This document shows, one piece after another, positions 36,677-46,181 of a stretch of DNA of 64,000 bases. Source of the stretch: an uncultured Bacteroidales bacterium (GTDB lineage: Bacteria; Bacteroidota; Bacteroidia; Bacteroidales; B18-G4); assembly GCA_964487735.1 (NCBI GenBank), contig CAZASJ010000008.1, positions 697 to 64,696 on the forward strand, given 5' to 3'. The notes beneath the pieces were generated by a model, which was not told the DNA's origin, made no database searches, and saw nothing but the letters and a program-made list of their open reading frames with translations. The translations under genes and the position numbers were made by a program. Position 1 is the first letter of the stretch, and each line of letters begins with the position of its first letter.

Positions 36677-37909
36677 TTAGAAAGAAAAAATTGACTTTTT
36701 AATCAGCTCGATGGCTTCAAACAATTGCTCCTCATTGATTACAAGCGGAGGTGCAAAGCGGATGATGTGATCGTGAGTTGGTTTTGCAAGAATTCCATTC
36801 TCCTTCATCTCCAAGCAAACATCCCAGGCATATTTTCCATTTTTAGGCCTGATAACAATGGCATTTAGCAGACCGCGTCCCCTGACAGACTCTATCATAT
36901 CTGATTTAATATTCCTCAATTCTTCCCTGAAGATCTTACCAAGCCTTTCAGCATTTTCAGCCAGTTTTTCATCTTTCACGACCTCGAGGGCGGCAATGGC
37001 AACTTTCGCTGCTATCGGGTTTCCACCAAATGTGGATCCATGTTGGCCAGGTTTAATGCATAACATGATTTCATCATCAGCCAGCACTGCAGAAACAGGG
37101 AAAACTCCACCAGAGAGTGCTTTCCCAAGGATCAGGATATCAGGACGGACACCTTCATGATCACAAGCCAATAATTTCCCTGTACGTGCGATCCCTGTTT
37201 GAACCTCATCGGCGATAAAAAGCACATTATGCTTTTTACACAAATCGAATGATTTTTTCAGGTATCCGTCGTCGGGTACATAAACACCGGCTTCACCCTG
37301 AATAGGTTCAACCAGGAATGCTGCAACATTTGGATCATGAAGCTCTTTTTCGAGTGCATCAAGGTCGTTATAAGGAACCGTAACAAAACCAGGTGTATAA
37401 GGGCCAAAACCTCCACGAGCATCCGGATCGGTCGACATGGAAATAACAGTAATCGTACGGCCATGGAAGTTGTTTTCACAAACAATAATTTTTGCTTCAT
37501 TCTCAGGAATGCCTTTCTTATCATATCCCCATTTACGGGCAAGTTTCAATGCTGTTTCATCACCTTCAGCACCCGTATTCATTGGAAGAACTTTGTCGAA
37601 GCCAAAATATTCCGATATATATTTTTCATAAGGCCCAAGGGAGTCATTGTAAAAAGCCCTTGAAGTGAGGGTCAGGGTCCTTGCCTGCTCAGTCAATGCA
37701 TCTACTATACGCGGATGACAGTGGCCCTGATTTACTGCAGAATAGGCAGATAGGAAATCAAAATATTTTTTCCCTTCAACATCCCAAACATATACACCTT
37801 CGCCGCGTGCTAAAACCACCGGCAATGGATGGTAATTATGGGCACCATACTTCTCTTCCAGTTCAATGGCTTTGGCTGAACTCATTTTAGCTGTATTTAC
37901 CTGATTCAT
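36677..37909 (-). CDS. rocD: Ornithine aminotransferase (class III PLP aminotransferase)
   Basis: 410 aa. [49 protein letters not shown] and [12 protein letters not shown]. Confidence 0.85.
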   Translation of the reverse strand: MNQVNTAKMSSAKAIELEEKYGAHNYHPLPVVLARGEGVYVWDVEGKKYFDFLSAYSAVNQGHCHPRIVDALTEQARTLTLTSRAFYNDSLGPYEKYISEYFGFDKVLPMNTGAEGDETALKLARKWGYDKKGIPENEAKIIVCENNFHGRTITVISMSTDPDARGGFGPYTPGFVTVPYNDLDALEKELHDPNVAAFLVEPIQGEAGVYVPDDGYLKKSFDLCKKHNVLFIADEVQTGIARTGKLLACDHEGVRPDILILGKALSGGVFPVSAVLADDEIMLCIKPGQHGSTFGGNPIAAKVAIAALEVVKDEKLAENAERLGKIFREELRNIKSDMIESVRGRGLLNAIVIRPKNGKYAWDVCLEMKENGILAKPTHDHIIRFAPPLVINEEQLFEAIELIKKSIFSF

Positions 37910-37938
37910 GATTATAATATATTAATATGTTTTTTTTG

Positions 37939-37946
37939 CAAATGTA
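37939..37946 (-). promoter_or_regulatory. Candidate -7 box (TACATTTG) for rocD
   Basis: Plus strand reads CAAATGTA, 30 nt upstream of the ATG at 37909. Confidence 0.5.
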
Positions 37947-37993
37947 TAGATATTTACAGCATGAAGCAAAAGGAAGAACCAAATTCCGGCTTC

Positions 37994-39082
37994 TTACATC
38001 AGGTGACGGAAGGGTAAATATAACCACTCAAAAAAACGTTGCATAAAAGGCCTTTTCATCCATTCATTATAGTCAAAGGGAGAACTGTTTGCCAGGCATT
38101 TTGCAATGTGGACCTGTATCTGTCTGGCAACGTCTGCATCTCTTCCAACAAGCGCAATCTCATGCTGATATCGAAAACTTCTATAGTCGAAATTCGGAGA
38201 TCCAATAGCAAATACCTTCCCGTCGATCAACAATAATTTTGCATGTAAATTATTCGGCTGGTACAAACGGAAATTAACTCCGCTCTTATGAAGCATTCCG
38301 AGGTATCTTCCCCTGACCAGATCCGCCATGTGCACATCAGAATTCACCGGGAGGATCACTGTTACGTCAACCCCTCTTTTCACAGCATCGCTCATTGTTT
38401 TTCTAAGCATAAATCCAGGTAAAAAATAGGGTGTTTCTATCACAACCCTTTGCCTGGCTCCTTGTATCAGTTTCTCGTATCTTTTCTTAATGCTTTGCCG
38501 CGTAATGGAGGGTACATCCCTGAGGATTTCAAACTCGCCACTACGAATGAGGCGTGTAAGACCCGGTTTATTGAAAACATATTTGTTATAATTATTGAAA
38601 TCATCAAGGAAAATCTTTGTAAACTGCTTATTAAGGCCTTTATCTTCGAGCCTTAGCATTGATTCACACCAGTTCAGGGAATGCCCGGTAATATTGGCGG
38701 AGCCGATATAGCTTATATGATCATCTACCAAAATCAGTTTACGATGATTGCGTCGGTGATTCTTAGTAAAGAAGTCCCAGAAAAGCCTGATCTTCTTAAA
38801 AAACCGCACCTGTCCACCATGCTTTTCAAGATTACGAAAAAAAGAATGGGATACCTGTGCTCCCCATGAGTCGATCAATATCATCACCTTCACTCCTTCC
38901 GAAGCCTTCCTTGTCAGCACATCACGAAACCTTTCCCCAATATTTCCTCCTCCGAATTTATAGGTCTCAATATAAATACATTTACGGGCCGATTCTATAT
39001 CATGAAGCATGGCATTATAGTACTGCCAGGGATCATCGAAAAAGACCGGCAGGCCATTGTTTATATTTTCATCGGCTGTCAT
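37994..39082 (-). CDS. Phospholipase D superfamily protein, cardiolipin-synthase-like, soluble, two HKD motifs
   Basis: 362 aa. NHRKLILVDDHISYIGSANI and LHAKLLLIDGKVFAIGSPNF (HxKx4Dx6GSxN, twice). No N-terminal TM segment. Confidence 0.8.
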   Translation of the reverse strand: MTADENINNGLPVFFDDPWQYYNAMLHDIESARKCIYIETYKFGGGNIGERFRDVLTRKASEGVKVMILIDSWGAQVSHSFFRNLEKHGGQVRFFKKIRLFWDFFTKNHRRNHRKLILVDDHISYIGSANITGHSLNWCESMLRLEDKGLNKQFTKIFLDDFNNYNKYVFNKPGLTRLIRSGEFEILRDVPSITRQSIKKRYEKLIQGARQRVVIETPYFLPGFMLRKTMSDAVKRGVDVTVILPVNSDVHMADLVRGRYLGMLHKSGVNFRLYQPNNLHAKLLLIDGKVFAIGSPNFDYRSFRYQHEIALVGRDADVARQIQVHIAKCLANSSPFDYNEWMKRPFMQRFFEWLYLPFRHLM

Positions 39083-39092
39083 ATTTTCTATA

Positions 39093-39842
39093 TCAAAGGC
39101 TTTTAAAGAGTTTCATGAGGTCTTCCTTTTTCCTGAATGATACAGGTACCTCTGAGTTATCATCCATAACCAGGTACCCACCATCTTTCTTTTCATAACG
39201 TTTTACATGAGCCAGGTTAACCAGATGTGACTGGTGAACACGATAAAAATTATAATGATCCAGAAGTTCATTAAATTCTTTCAGGGTTTTAGATACTGTT
39301 ATTTTATCTTTCTCAACTGTATAGAAGTGCGTATAGTTTTTTTCCGACTCACAGCGGATGATTTCCTGCAAGTTTACAATATGAACACTCCCGGTCGTTT
39401 TTAATACGATCTTCTTTTCCTTCGACTGCATCATATCCAGGTTTTCATACAGTGTTTCAAGCCTTTCCGCCATGTTTTCTTTTTCAAGGGCATGCTTGGC
39501 TTTCTGAACAGCGTTGACCAATTCATCCGGATCAAGTGGTTTGAGGATATAATCCAGTGCAGAGAACTTTATCGCCCTGATTGCAAATTCTTCAAAAGCG
39601 GTAATGAAGATCACAAAGAAACCCACCTTGTCCAGCTTTCTTAAAAGATCAAAACCAGTACCATCAGCCATTTTAATATCCAGTAATACGAGATCAGGTT
39701 CATTTTGAATAAGTACTTCCTTTCCCTCTTTCACACTGCCGGCAGTCGCAATCACATCTACTTCCTGGCAATAGGCAGAAAGCATGTTTTGTATGGTTTC
39801 CCTGGCCTTTACTTCGTCATCAATTATTATTGTTCTTATCAT
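39093..39842 (-). CDS. LytTR-family two-component response regulator
   Basis: 249 aa. Receiver domain (IIIDDE..DLVLLDIKMADGTGFDL) plus a C-terminal LytTR DNA-binding domain (..FYRVHQSHLVNLAHVK). Confidence 0.9.
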   Translation of the reverse strand: MIRTIIIDDEVKARETIQNMLSAYCQEVDVIATAGSVKEGKEVLIQNEPDLVLLDIKMADGTGFDLLRKLDKVGFFVIFITAFEEFAIRAIKFSALDYILKPLDPDELVNAVQKAKHALEKENMAERLETLYENLDMMQSKEKKIVLKTTGSVHIVNLQEIIRCESEKNYTHFYTVEKDKITVSKTLKEFNELLDHYNFYRVHQSHLVNLAHVKRYEKKDGGYLVMDDNSEVPVSFRKKEDLMKLFKSL

Positions 39843-39852
39843 TTCTTTCGTC

Positions 39853-42792
39853 TTAACTGTTATACGGGATACAAATCCTGACTAGCGTGCCAAGAGCACG
39901 ATCATCCGGGGCTTTCAGGTCGATGATGTCCAGGCTGATATCTTTTCCCCAGAGAATATTGAGTGATTTTATTCTTTTGCTTACAATCTCCATTCCGAGG
40001 GATTTATGAAGTTTGCTCTTTTTTTTCTGTATTTTCGCCGATTCCTCACGTCCTATTCCATTATCCTCGATCTCAATAAGCAGGCATTCCGTTTTATCGA
40101 TAAAACTCAGTCTGAGTTTACCGCCTTCCAATTTATGTTGCAGTCCATGCTCAATGGCATTTTCAAGAAATGGCTGTATCAGAAGAGGTGGGATCTGTAC
40201 CGTTTCAGGCAAAACATCATCTCCTATTTCAATCACAAACTCAAAAGTATCATTGAATCTGAGCCTTTGCAGTTCAAGGTAATACTGCATTGCTTCAACT
40301 TCATCATCCAGGCTGATAACTTCTTCGCTGGAACCATACAAGGTGTGTCGGATCAATTTAGCAAAACTGGTAAGATACCTTCCTGCATCACGTGTATTGC
40401 TCTGATACATGAAGCCCTGAATTGCAAGCAGTGAATTAAAGACAAAATGTGGATTCATTTGTGACCTGAACATTTTTTGTTCCATGGTGGCCAATTCAAA
40501 TCTTGCATCTTCCTTGATCCTACGCTGACGCTGAAGAAACAGTGTAATTCCCACCAACAATCCTGAGAACGCTAATATCAAGAGACCCATAAACCAGGCG
40601 GTTTGGGTAAAATGCTTTCGAATAACGAACTTTATGGTTTTTGGTGAGTTATTCCAGACACCATAAACATTCCCAACATTAACAAAAAAAGTATATTCAC
40701 CAGGAGGCATGTTTGGAAAATTTGCCCAGCTGTTTTTGGTAAGCGTGATTTCGTCAATATAGTTTGACATCTTATATCTATATCTTAAATCTTCACCGGC
40801 CCGATAACTGATTCCTGAAAAATTGATACGAATATCATTATGATCATAGGGTAGCTCATACTTATCCAGAATAGCTGTGTCCCTGCCATTGATTTGCACA
40901 TTATTGATTGCTATAATTGGCGGGATGTGATGAGGTTGGATCTTATCCGGGTCAAAGGATACGAGGCCTTTATTGGAAGCAAGCCAAATATACCCATCAT
41001 GAATATTAATTGAATTTATAACGCTGGAGGGAAGGCCATCACTATAGCCATAGCTTTCTATTTCAAAATTATCAAATGAATCGTTCAGTATGAGCTTGTT
41101 CAAGCCCTCTTTTGTCCCTACCCACAATACACTGTCATTCTGAGAGAATAAGGATCGAACAGCATTCCCCATCAGGCCATCATCCTGGTTTACAACGTCC
41201 AGAAGTGTGTCATTCCTGAGAAAAGCAAGTCCGAGAGATGAAGAGCCAACCGCTATCATATCGTTTATTCTGGTAATACAACTGATCCTGTCCTCCAGAA
41301 TTTCGGACTTTTTCCCACAAAATGTAAATTCACCATCCCGCAATACATACAGGCCATATAGTGTTCCTATCCATATCGTATTCCCATCTTCATAAAGAGA
41401 GTATACTCTTCTTGAAGAATCAGGGACAAAATATTGATGCAGGTTTTCTTCTCTAAAGATAGCAATCCCATTGCTTCCCATGATCACATTGCCACTTTCC
41501 CCTAAACAGATGCACTTACTGGATAACAGGGTATCGGCAGGCGCCGGGAATCCGGCCGGATCATACCTCATATGACGTGTTGAAGACAACCATAAATAAC
41601 CATCATTATCCACAACAATATACTTAATCCAGTCGTAAGGCTCCTCCAGAGGCATTTCTCTGATGTTGCTGATCTTTCCAGCAGAAACATTGCCGGAATA
41701 TAGTTCCTTATTCCTGGTTGAAAACCATAGTCTGTCACCTGCCACCTCAAGGGCCATAACATTCAGGCTCCTGTTATCATTGGGAAGGGTGAAAAGACTA
41801 AAATCAAATCCCGGAACAAAAAACACCCCATTCCCCTCACTACTAAACCAGAAATCACCCTCTCTGTCCTGTATAAGACTTGTAATCGTATAACCATCAA
41901 GGAAGTGTTCAGGATCCTTCTCCAGCTGGGGACTTGAAAAAGTAAAAATTCCCTGTTGATATTTCACACTAACCCACAATCGGTCCTGATCATCTTTATA
42001 CAAGGCAAGGACCTCATTTGCAAAAGATCGTTTGGCAACAATCTTACGATTTTTTATTCTGTAAATGCAATTTCTGTAGCTCACCACATATTCGTTGGAA
42101 TCTGTTTCGATATAATTTCTTTGAAATTGCCTGACAGAAAAATCTACTCTCAAATAATAACTATTCTCAAGGCTGTAGAGGGCCCCATTTTTTCTGCACA
42201 TTTCGGGCTTAGCAGATAAAATACTGAGGAAATAATCATCTCCCCTATCTTCAAAAGCAAGATAGCATGAATCAAGGCTCACCGGTACAAGGTCCCAGCG
42301 AGAATGAACTCTTCCGTCTGGGTCAATCATGGTTTTACCACCCTGACGGGGTGACAACAATAAGTTTCCTGAAGAATCAATCAAAATCTTACTTACATAA
42401 TTATCAGAAAAATACTTAACAATGGAGTCATTGTATTGATAGGCTGTAATTTCATTATTCTCATAATAACTCAACATCCCGTTGTAAGCCAGAAACCAGA
42501 TCCTGTCGTTCATATCCTGGTAAAACCTGATCACAGAATTAGCGGGGAGGCCGTCGCTGATTTTGTAATTGGTAAATTTTTGGCCATCGAAACGGCTGAC
42601 TCCGTTATCAGTAGCGAACCACATCAGGCCACTTTTGTCCAGGAGGACATCATATACATCATTGCTTGGAAGTCCGTCATCTTCAGTATATCTTCTATAA
42701 ACAGGGTTTTGGGCGCTCAGATGAGCCAGATCAATGATCAAGAAGCATATAATGCAGAGGAAAACACTTATAATGTAGGTTTTAGCAAACAT
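39853..42792 (-). CDS. Sensor histidine kinase with periplasmic two-component-regulator propeller repeats, a Y_Y_Y domain, one TM helix and a LytS/YehU-type kinase core
   Basis: 979 aa. Signal/anchor, repeated propeller-like segments (..W[FVI].T..G[LV]..), YRYKMSNY..PPGEYTFFV, a TM segment, FRSQMNPHFVFNSLLAIQGF and a GHKL ATPase domain (IEDNGIG). Confidence 0.85.
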   Translation of the reverse strand: MFAKTYIISVFLCIICFLIIDLAHLSAQNPVYRRYTEDDGLPSNDVYDVLLDKSGLMWFATDNGVSRFDGQKFTNYKISDGLPANSVIRFYQDMNDRIWFLAYNGMLSYYENNEITAYQYNDSIVKYFSDNYVSKILIDSSGNLLLSPRQGGKTMIDPDGRVHSRWDLVPVSLDSCYLAFEDRGDDYFLSILSAKPEMCRKNGALYSLENSYYLRVDFSVRQFQRNYIETDSNEYVVSYRNCIYRIKNRKIVAKRSFANEVLALYKDDQDRLWVSVKYQQGIFTFSSPQLEKDPEHFLDGYTITSLIQDREGDFWFSSEGNGVFFVPGFDFSLFTLPNDNRSLNVMALEVAGDRLWFSTRNKELYSGNVSAGKISNIREMPLEEPYDWIKYIVVDNDGYLWLSSTRHMRYDPAGFPAPADTLLSSKCICLGESGNVIMGSNGIAIFREENLHQYFVPDSSRRVYSLYEDGNTIWIGTLYGLYVLRDGEFTFCGKKSEILEDRISCITRINDMIAVGSSSLGLAFLRNDTLLDVVNQDDGLMGNAVRSLFSQNDSVLWVGTKEGLNKLILNDSFDNFEIESYGYSDGLPSSVINSINIHDGYIWLASNKGLVSFDPDKIQPHHIPPIIAINNVQINGRDTAILDKYELPYDHNDIRINFSGISYRAGEDLRYRYKMSNYIDEITLTKNSWANFPNMPPGEYTFFVNVGNVYGVWNNSPKTIKFVIRKHFTQTAWFMGLLILAFSGLLVGITLFLQRQRRIKEDARFELATMEQKMFRSQMNPHFVFNSLLAIQGFMYQSNTRDAGRYLTSFAKLIRHTLYGSSEEVISLDDEVEAMQYYLELQRLRFNDTFEFVIEIGDDVLPETVQIPPLLIQPFLENAIEHGLQHKLEGGKLRLSFIDKTECLLIEIEDNGIGREESAKIQKKKSKLHKSLGMEIVSKRIKSLNILWGKDISLDIIDLKAPDDRALGTLVRICIPYNS

Positions 42793-42879
42793 GATCAGGC
42801 ATTTAACGCAATTTAATCAATTTTTCCAAATCCACTGCCACCAAAACCCAATCAATATTGCAGAAAGCATTTAACTGAT

Positions 42880-42887
42880 TATCTTTG
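42880..42887 (+). promoter_or_regulatory. Candidate -7 box (TATCTTTG) for yicC-gmk-nadD
   Basis: Matches TAnnTTTG, 17 nt upstream of the ATG at 42904. Confidence 0.5.
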
Positions 42888-42903
42888 TTAAAAATAGCAG
42901 CTT

Positions 42904-43779
42904 ATGATCAGATCGATGACAGGTTTCGGAAAGAGCGCCCTTGAGTATTCCGGGAAAAAAATTAGTGTGGAGATAAAGTCTTTGAACAGCAAACAATTTG
43001 ATGCAAATCTAAGATTGCCTTTATTATACAGGGAAAAGGAAGCTGAGATAAGAATAATGCTTTCGGCAGGATTGCAACGTGGGAAAGTTGAACTCAACAT
43101 TAACCTGGATGACAATGGAGATAACAATCAATTTCAATTTAACAGGGATCTTGCCAAAAAATATTTTGAGGAGATTCATGCTCTTGCAGATGAATTGAAG
43201 CTCAGCCTCGATGAGCAGGTCATCAATACAATCGTGCGATTGCCTGATGTACTGAAAGCCGACCATCCTGAATTATCGACAGAAGAATGGAATCTGGTAA
43301 AAGAAATAATCAAAAACGCTATCAAAGAACTGGATCAATTCCGTATTCAGGAAGGCAATACCCTGGCAAATGATCTGAATGAAAGAGTCAATATTATACT
43401 GAAACTACTGGATGAAATTTCCCCACTCGAAGAGACCAGAATACAAAAACTCAGGGACCGTATCCTGAAGCAAATTGAAGACGCCCGTCTTCAGGGATCC
43501 GTCGACATGAACCGTTATGAGCAAGAGATCATTTATTACCTTGAAAAGCTTGACATAACTGAAGAGAAGGTTAGGCTAAGAAAACATTGCGACTATTTTA
43601 ATGAGATCATGGCCGGAGAAGGGCACAATGGGAAAAAACTTGGCTTTGTATCACAGGAGATGGGCCGGGAGATTAACACCCTTGGCTCCAAAGCCAATGA
43701 TGCAGATATTCAAAAGATCGTGGTTCTGATGAAAGATGAGCTTGAAAAGATCAAAGAACAGTTGTTTAATATTCTCTAA
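42904..43779 (+). CDS. yicC: YicC/YloC family stress-induced endoribonuclease
   Basis: 291 aa. MIRSMTGFGKS...SVEIKSLNSKQFD and C-terminal SQEMGREINTLGSKAND. Confidence 0.85.
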   Translation: MIRSMTGFGKSALEYSGKKISVEIKSLNSKQFDANLRLPLLYREKEAEIRIMLSAGLQRGKVELNINLDDNGDNNQFQFNRDLAKKYFEEIHALADELKLSLDEQVINTIVRLPDVLKADHPELSTEEWNLVKEIIKNAIKELDQFRIQEGNTLANDLNERVNIILKLLDEISPLEETRIQKLRDRILKQIEDARLQGSVDMNRYEQEIIYYLEKLDITEEKVRLRKHCDYFNEIMAGEGHNGKKLGFVSQEMGREINTLGSKANDADIQKIVVLMKDELEKIKEQLFNIL

Positions 43780-44342
43780 TGGATGGAAGATTAATCATAT
43801 TTTCAGCACCTTCCGGGGCAGGAAAAACAACTTTGGTGCATGCAATACTGGATGAAGGTATCAATCTTGAATTTTCCATTTCGGCATGCAGCCGGCCTAA
43901 AAGGAATGGTGAAACAGATGGTAAGGATTATTACTTCCTTGGTGTGGAAGGTTTTCAAAAAATGATTGATGAAGATGCTTTCCTGGAATGGGAAGAGGTA
44001 TATAAAGATCATTATTATGGCACCCTTAAATCGGAAGTGGACCGGATCTGGGCCTCTGGGAAACACGTAATCTTTGATGTGGATGTCTACGGGGGAATAA
44101 GCATTAAAAAAATATTTAAAGAAAAAGCACTTGCAATTTTTATAATGCCGCCTTCGGTCGGGATACTGGAAGATCGTTTAAGAAAACGGTCGACCGATTC
44201 TGAAGAGAGCATTCAAAAAAGGATGGACAAAGCCCGGCACGAGATCAGCAAAGCGGAAGAATTCGATTTGATCATAACAAATGATGATCTTGAAACAGCC
44301 ATATCCGAAGCTTTATCAAGTGTAAAGGAATTCCTGAGATAA
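43779..44342 (+). CDS. gmk: Guanylate kinase
   Basis: 187 aa. P-loop SAPSGAGKTT. TAATG overlap with the yicC stop. Confidence 0.9.
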   Translation: MDGRLIIFSAPSGAGKTTLVHAILDEGINLEFSISACSRPKRNGETDGKDYYFLGVEGFQKMIDEDAFLEWEEVYKDHYYGTLKSEVDRIWASGKHVIFDVDVYGGISIKKIFKEKALAIFIMPPSVGILEDRLRKRSTDSEESIQKRMDKARHEISKAEEFDLIITNDDLETAISEALSSVKEFLR

Positions 44343-44930
44343 ATGGTAAAAGATCATAAAATAGGCCTCTTTTTCGGATCCTTCAACCCGATTCATATCG
44401 GACACATGATCCTGGCAGAGTTCATGATCGAGCATACTGATATGAAAGAAGTATGGTTCATCGTTTCTCCTCAGAATCCCCTCAAGGAAAAGAAAAGCCT
44501 GTTGGCTGATTATCATCGCCTTGCCATGGTGAATATTGCAGTTGAGGATGAGCCAAGAATGCGTTCAAGCAATATTGAATTCAAAATGCCTCAACCATCC
44601 TATACCATCGACACCCTGACCTACCTGAGCGAGAAATATCCACAACAAAAGTTTATCCTGATAGGAGGCACCGACATCCTGCCCAGCTTTCACAAATGGA
44701 AGAATTATAAGGAGCTATTAGATCAGTATGAACTTTATATCTACAACCGTCCAAATTATGACCCGGGTAAATACAAAAGCCACTCGAACATTCATTTTTT
44801 TGATGCCCCCTTGCTGGAGATCTCTGCCAGTTTCATAAGGGATTCTATCCGGGCCGGGAAAGAAGTCCGATATATGCTCCCTGAAGGCGTAAACAAATAC
44901 ATCAGGGAGATGCATTTCTATGAAAAATAG
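44343..44930 (+). CDS. nadD: Nicotinate-nucleotide adenylyltransferase
   Basis: 195 aa. GLFFGSFNPIHIGHMILAE and SASFIRDSI. Starts directly after the gmk stop. Confidence 0.9.
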   Translation: MVKDHKIGLFFGSFNPIHIGHMILAEFMIEHTDMKEVWFIVSPQNPLKEKKSLLADYHRLAMVNIAVEDEPRMRSSNIEFKMPQPSYTIDTLTYLSEKYPQQKFILIGGTDILPSFHKWKNYKELLDQYELYIYNRPNYDPGKYKSHSNIHFFDAPLLEISASFIRDSIRAGKEVRYMLPEGVNKYIREMHFYEK

Positions 44931-45025
44931 GGTTTTATCTCCCAAAATGAAAATTTGTCTATCATTCTTCTTCATATTTTGTTAATCCTGACTCCAGTCT
45001 TATTATTTAGAATTATTCTTGTTAA

Positions 45026-45329
45026 TTTTACGCAATTGGCACGAATACACAACTCTATGCAGATTGGTGCTTAAAAGTAAATTGGACGGTAAACTGTATC
45101 AACGATGACAAAACCCTTCCCTGACTGCAACCGTATTTGTAAATGATGTTCAAGACACGAAACTCACTGTCCATCGAAACATAAGCAGCTTCAATGTTGG
45201 CTCAGCCTTATATCAGGCAAAGTAAATCTGACAGCTGGTGATTACATAGACCTTCGCTTCAGTTCCGACAGGGACACGGGAGTAGCATACATCTATGTTT
45301 GCAATCTAAACATTACGCTACTTAAATAG
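45026..45329 (+). pseudogene. Frameshifted C-terminal remnant (~100 codons) of a beta-sandwich, possibly C1q/TNF-like, protein
   Basis: Three consecutive stop-free segments in successive frames. 45026-45121: FYAIGTNTQLYADWCLKVNWTVNCINDDKTLP. 45109-45222: QNPSLTATVFVNDVQDTKLTVHRNISSFNVGSALYQAK. 45222-45326: VNLTAGDYIDLRFSSDRDTGVAYIYVCNLNITLLK, then TAG. Joined, they read like one protein. There is no start codon or N-terminal part. Confidence 0.35.
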
Positions 45330-45386
45330 GGTTTCGGTAAAAAAAAGATTTGTCCTTGTTTCAAGGCAAGTTTTCGACAGGATTTA

Positions 45387-46076
45387 TTAGAAATACAAAC
45401 TGATAGAATCTTTTCCTTCTTCTTTATTCCTGATGAGTCCAGGATCAATGAGGCCCATTAAAATATCATAGATACCACTGTCAAAATCCTCTTTAACGAA
45501 TTCTAGTTTTATGGGTTCATCACCTGCCAGGAGCGTGATTGCTGCTTTCAGTTTTTTTGCCATAAAACCCTCATTGTCTTTTTCCATTGAAAGTTTGATA
45601 TACTCCTTTTCAGGATCATCTTCGATCACCCTGAATCCGAGCATTTTATTATATTTCATTGCCCGTTCATTGTTCCGGAGAATGGTTGCCCTTGGCTTTA
45701 TTTCCCAGATGGCTACACCCAATTCAGCAAAGATCAATGTGCAAAGGGTTGGGATGTGTGTTTTACGGTAATACTTATTCCAGATAAAAATGCCGGTTTC
45801 CATGGTTTTTTCATCCCAGTTAATGTCCTTACCATTGATCAAACCGATCTTTTTTCCCTTGTATTCAATAACAAAATACAGATTGCAATTATTATTGATG
45901 GATGCAAACCATTTTCTTTGCATTTCTTGAGTGATCTGTTCGCGGTAAACCATATATCGGTTGATGCTTGGGTGGTTGCGCCATTGCCTTACCAGTTCAA
46001 GGTCCTCAGCCTTCAATCTGATAAAACGGATATTGTATTTCGATATGATCATAATGTAAGAAGTATAGAGCAGCAA
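45387..46076 (-). CDS. GNAT family N-acetyltransferase with a ~70-aa C-terminal extension
   Basis: 229 aa. IRFIRLKAEDLELVRQWRNHP..; acetyl-CoA-binding-like region RNNERAMKYNKMLGFRV. Alternative ATG at 46052. Confidence 0.7.
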   Translation of the reverse strand: MLLYTSYIMIISKYNIRFIRLKAEDLELVRQWRNHPSINRYMVYREQITQEMQRKWFASINNNCNLYFVIEYKGKKIGLINGKDINWDEKTMETGIFIWNKYYRKTHIPTLCTLIFAELGVAIWEIKPRATILRNNERAMKYNKMLGFRVIEDDPEKEYIKLSMEKDNEGFMAKKLKAAITLLAGDEPIKLEFVKEDFDSGIYDILMGLIDPGLIRNKEEGKDSISLYF

Positions 46077-46145
46077 AGAATGTAAAATTAAGCAATTCCA
46101 TCATGCCTTTAAACTAACTTAAGGAAATAACAATCTCAAAAAGAA

Positions 46146-46153
46146 TATCTTTG
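46146..46153 (+). promoter_or_regulatory. Candidate -7 box (TATCTTTG) for the radical SAM gene
   Basis: Matches TAnnTTTG, 29 nt upstream of the ATG at 46182. Confidence 0.5.
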
Positions 46154-46181
46154 TATTTAAGCAGCAAACTCCCATTTTAAA

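Noticed and set aside
37994-39082. The PLD-superfamily protein could be an anti-phage or Nuc-like nuclease effector.
   Set aside because: It has two HKD motifs in one chain with a cardiolipin-synthase/PLD layout. It sits in a two-component operon with no helicase, ATPase, methylase or other defence-type neighbours. There is no support for a defence role from sequence alone.
45105-45329. A small Cys-rich ORF (MTKPFPDCNRICK) is followed by an in-frame TGA and ~60 more open codons. This could be a selenoprotein, a read-through product or a RiPP precursor for the nearby radical SAM enzyme.
   Set aside because: I saw no SECIS-like hairpin after the TGA. The downstream part reads better when joined to the two neighbouring frames as a frameshifted beta-sandwich remnant. 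The ORF also points away from the radical SAM gene, with the GNAT gene in between.
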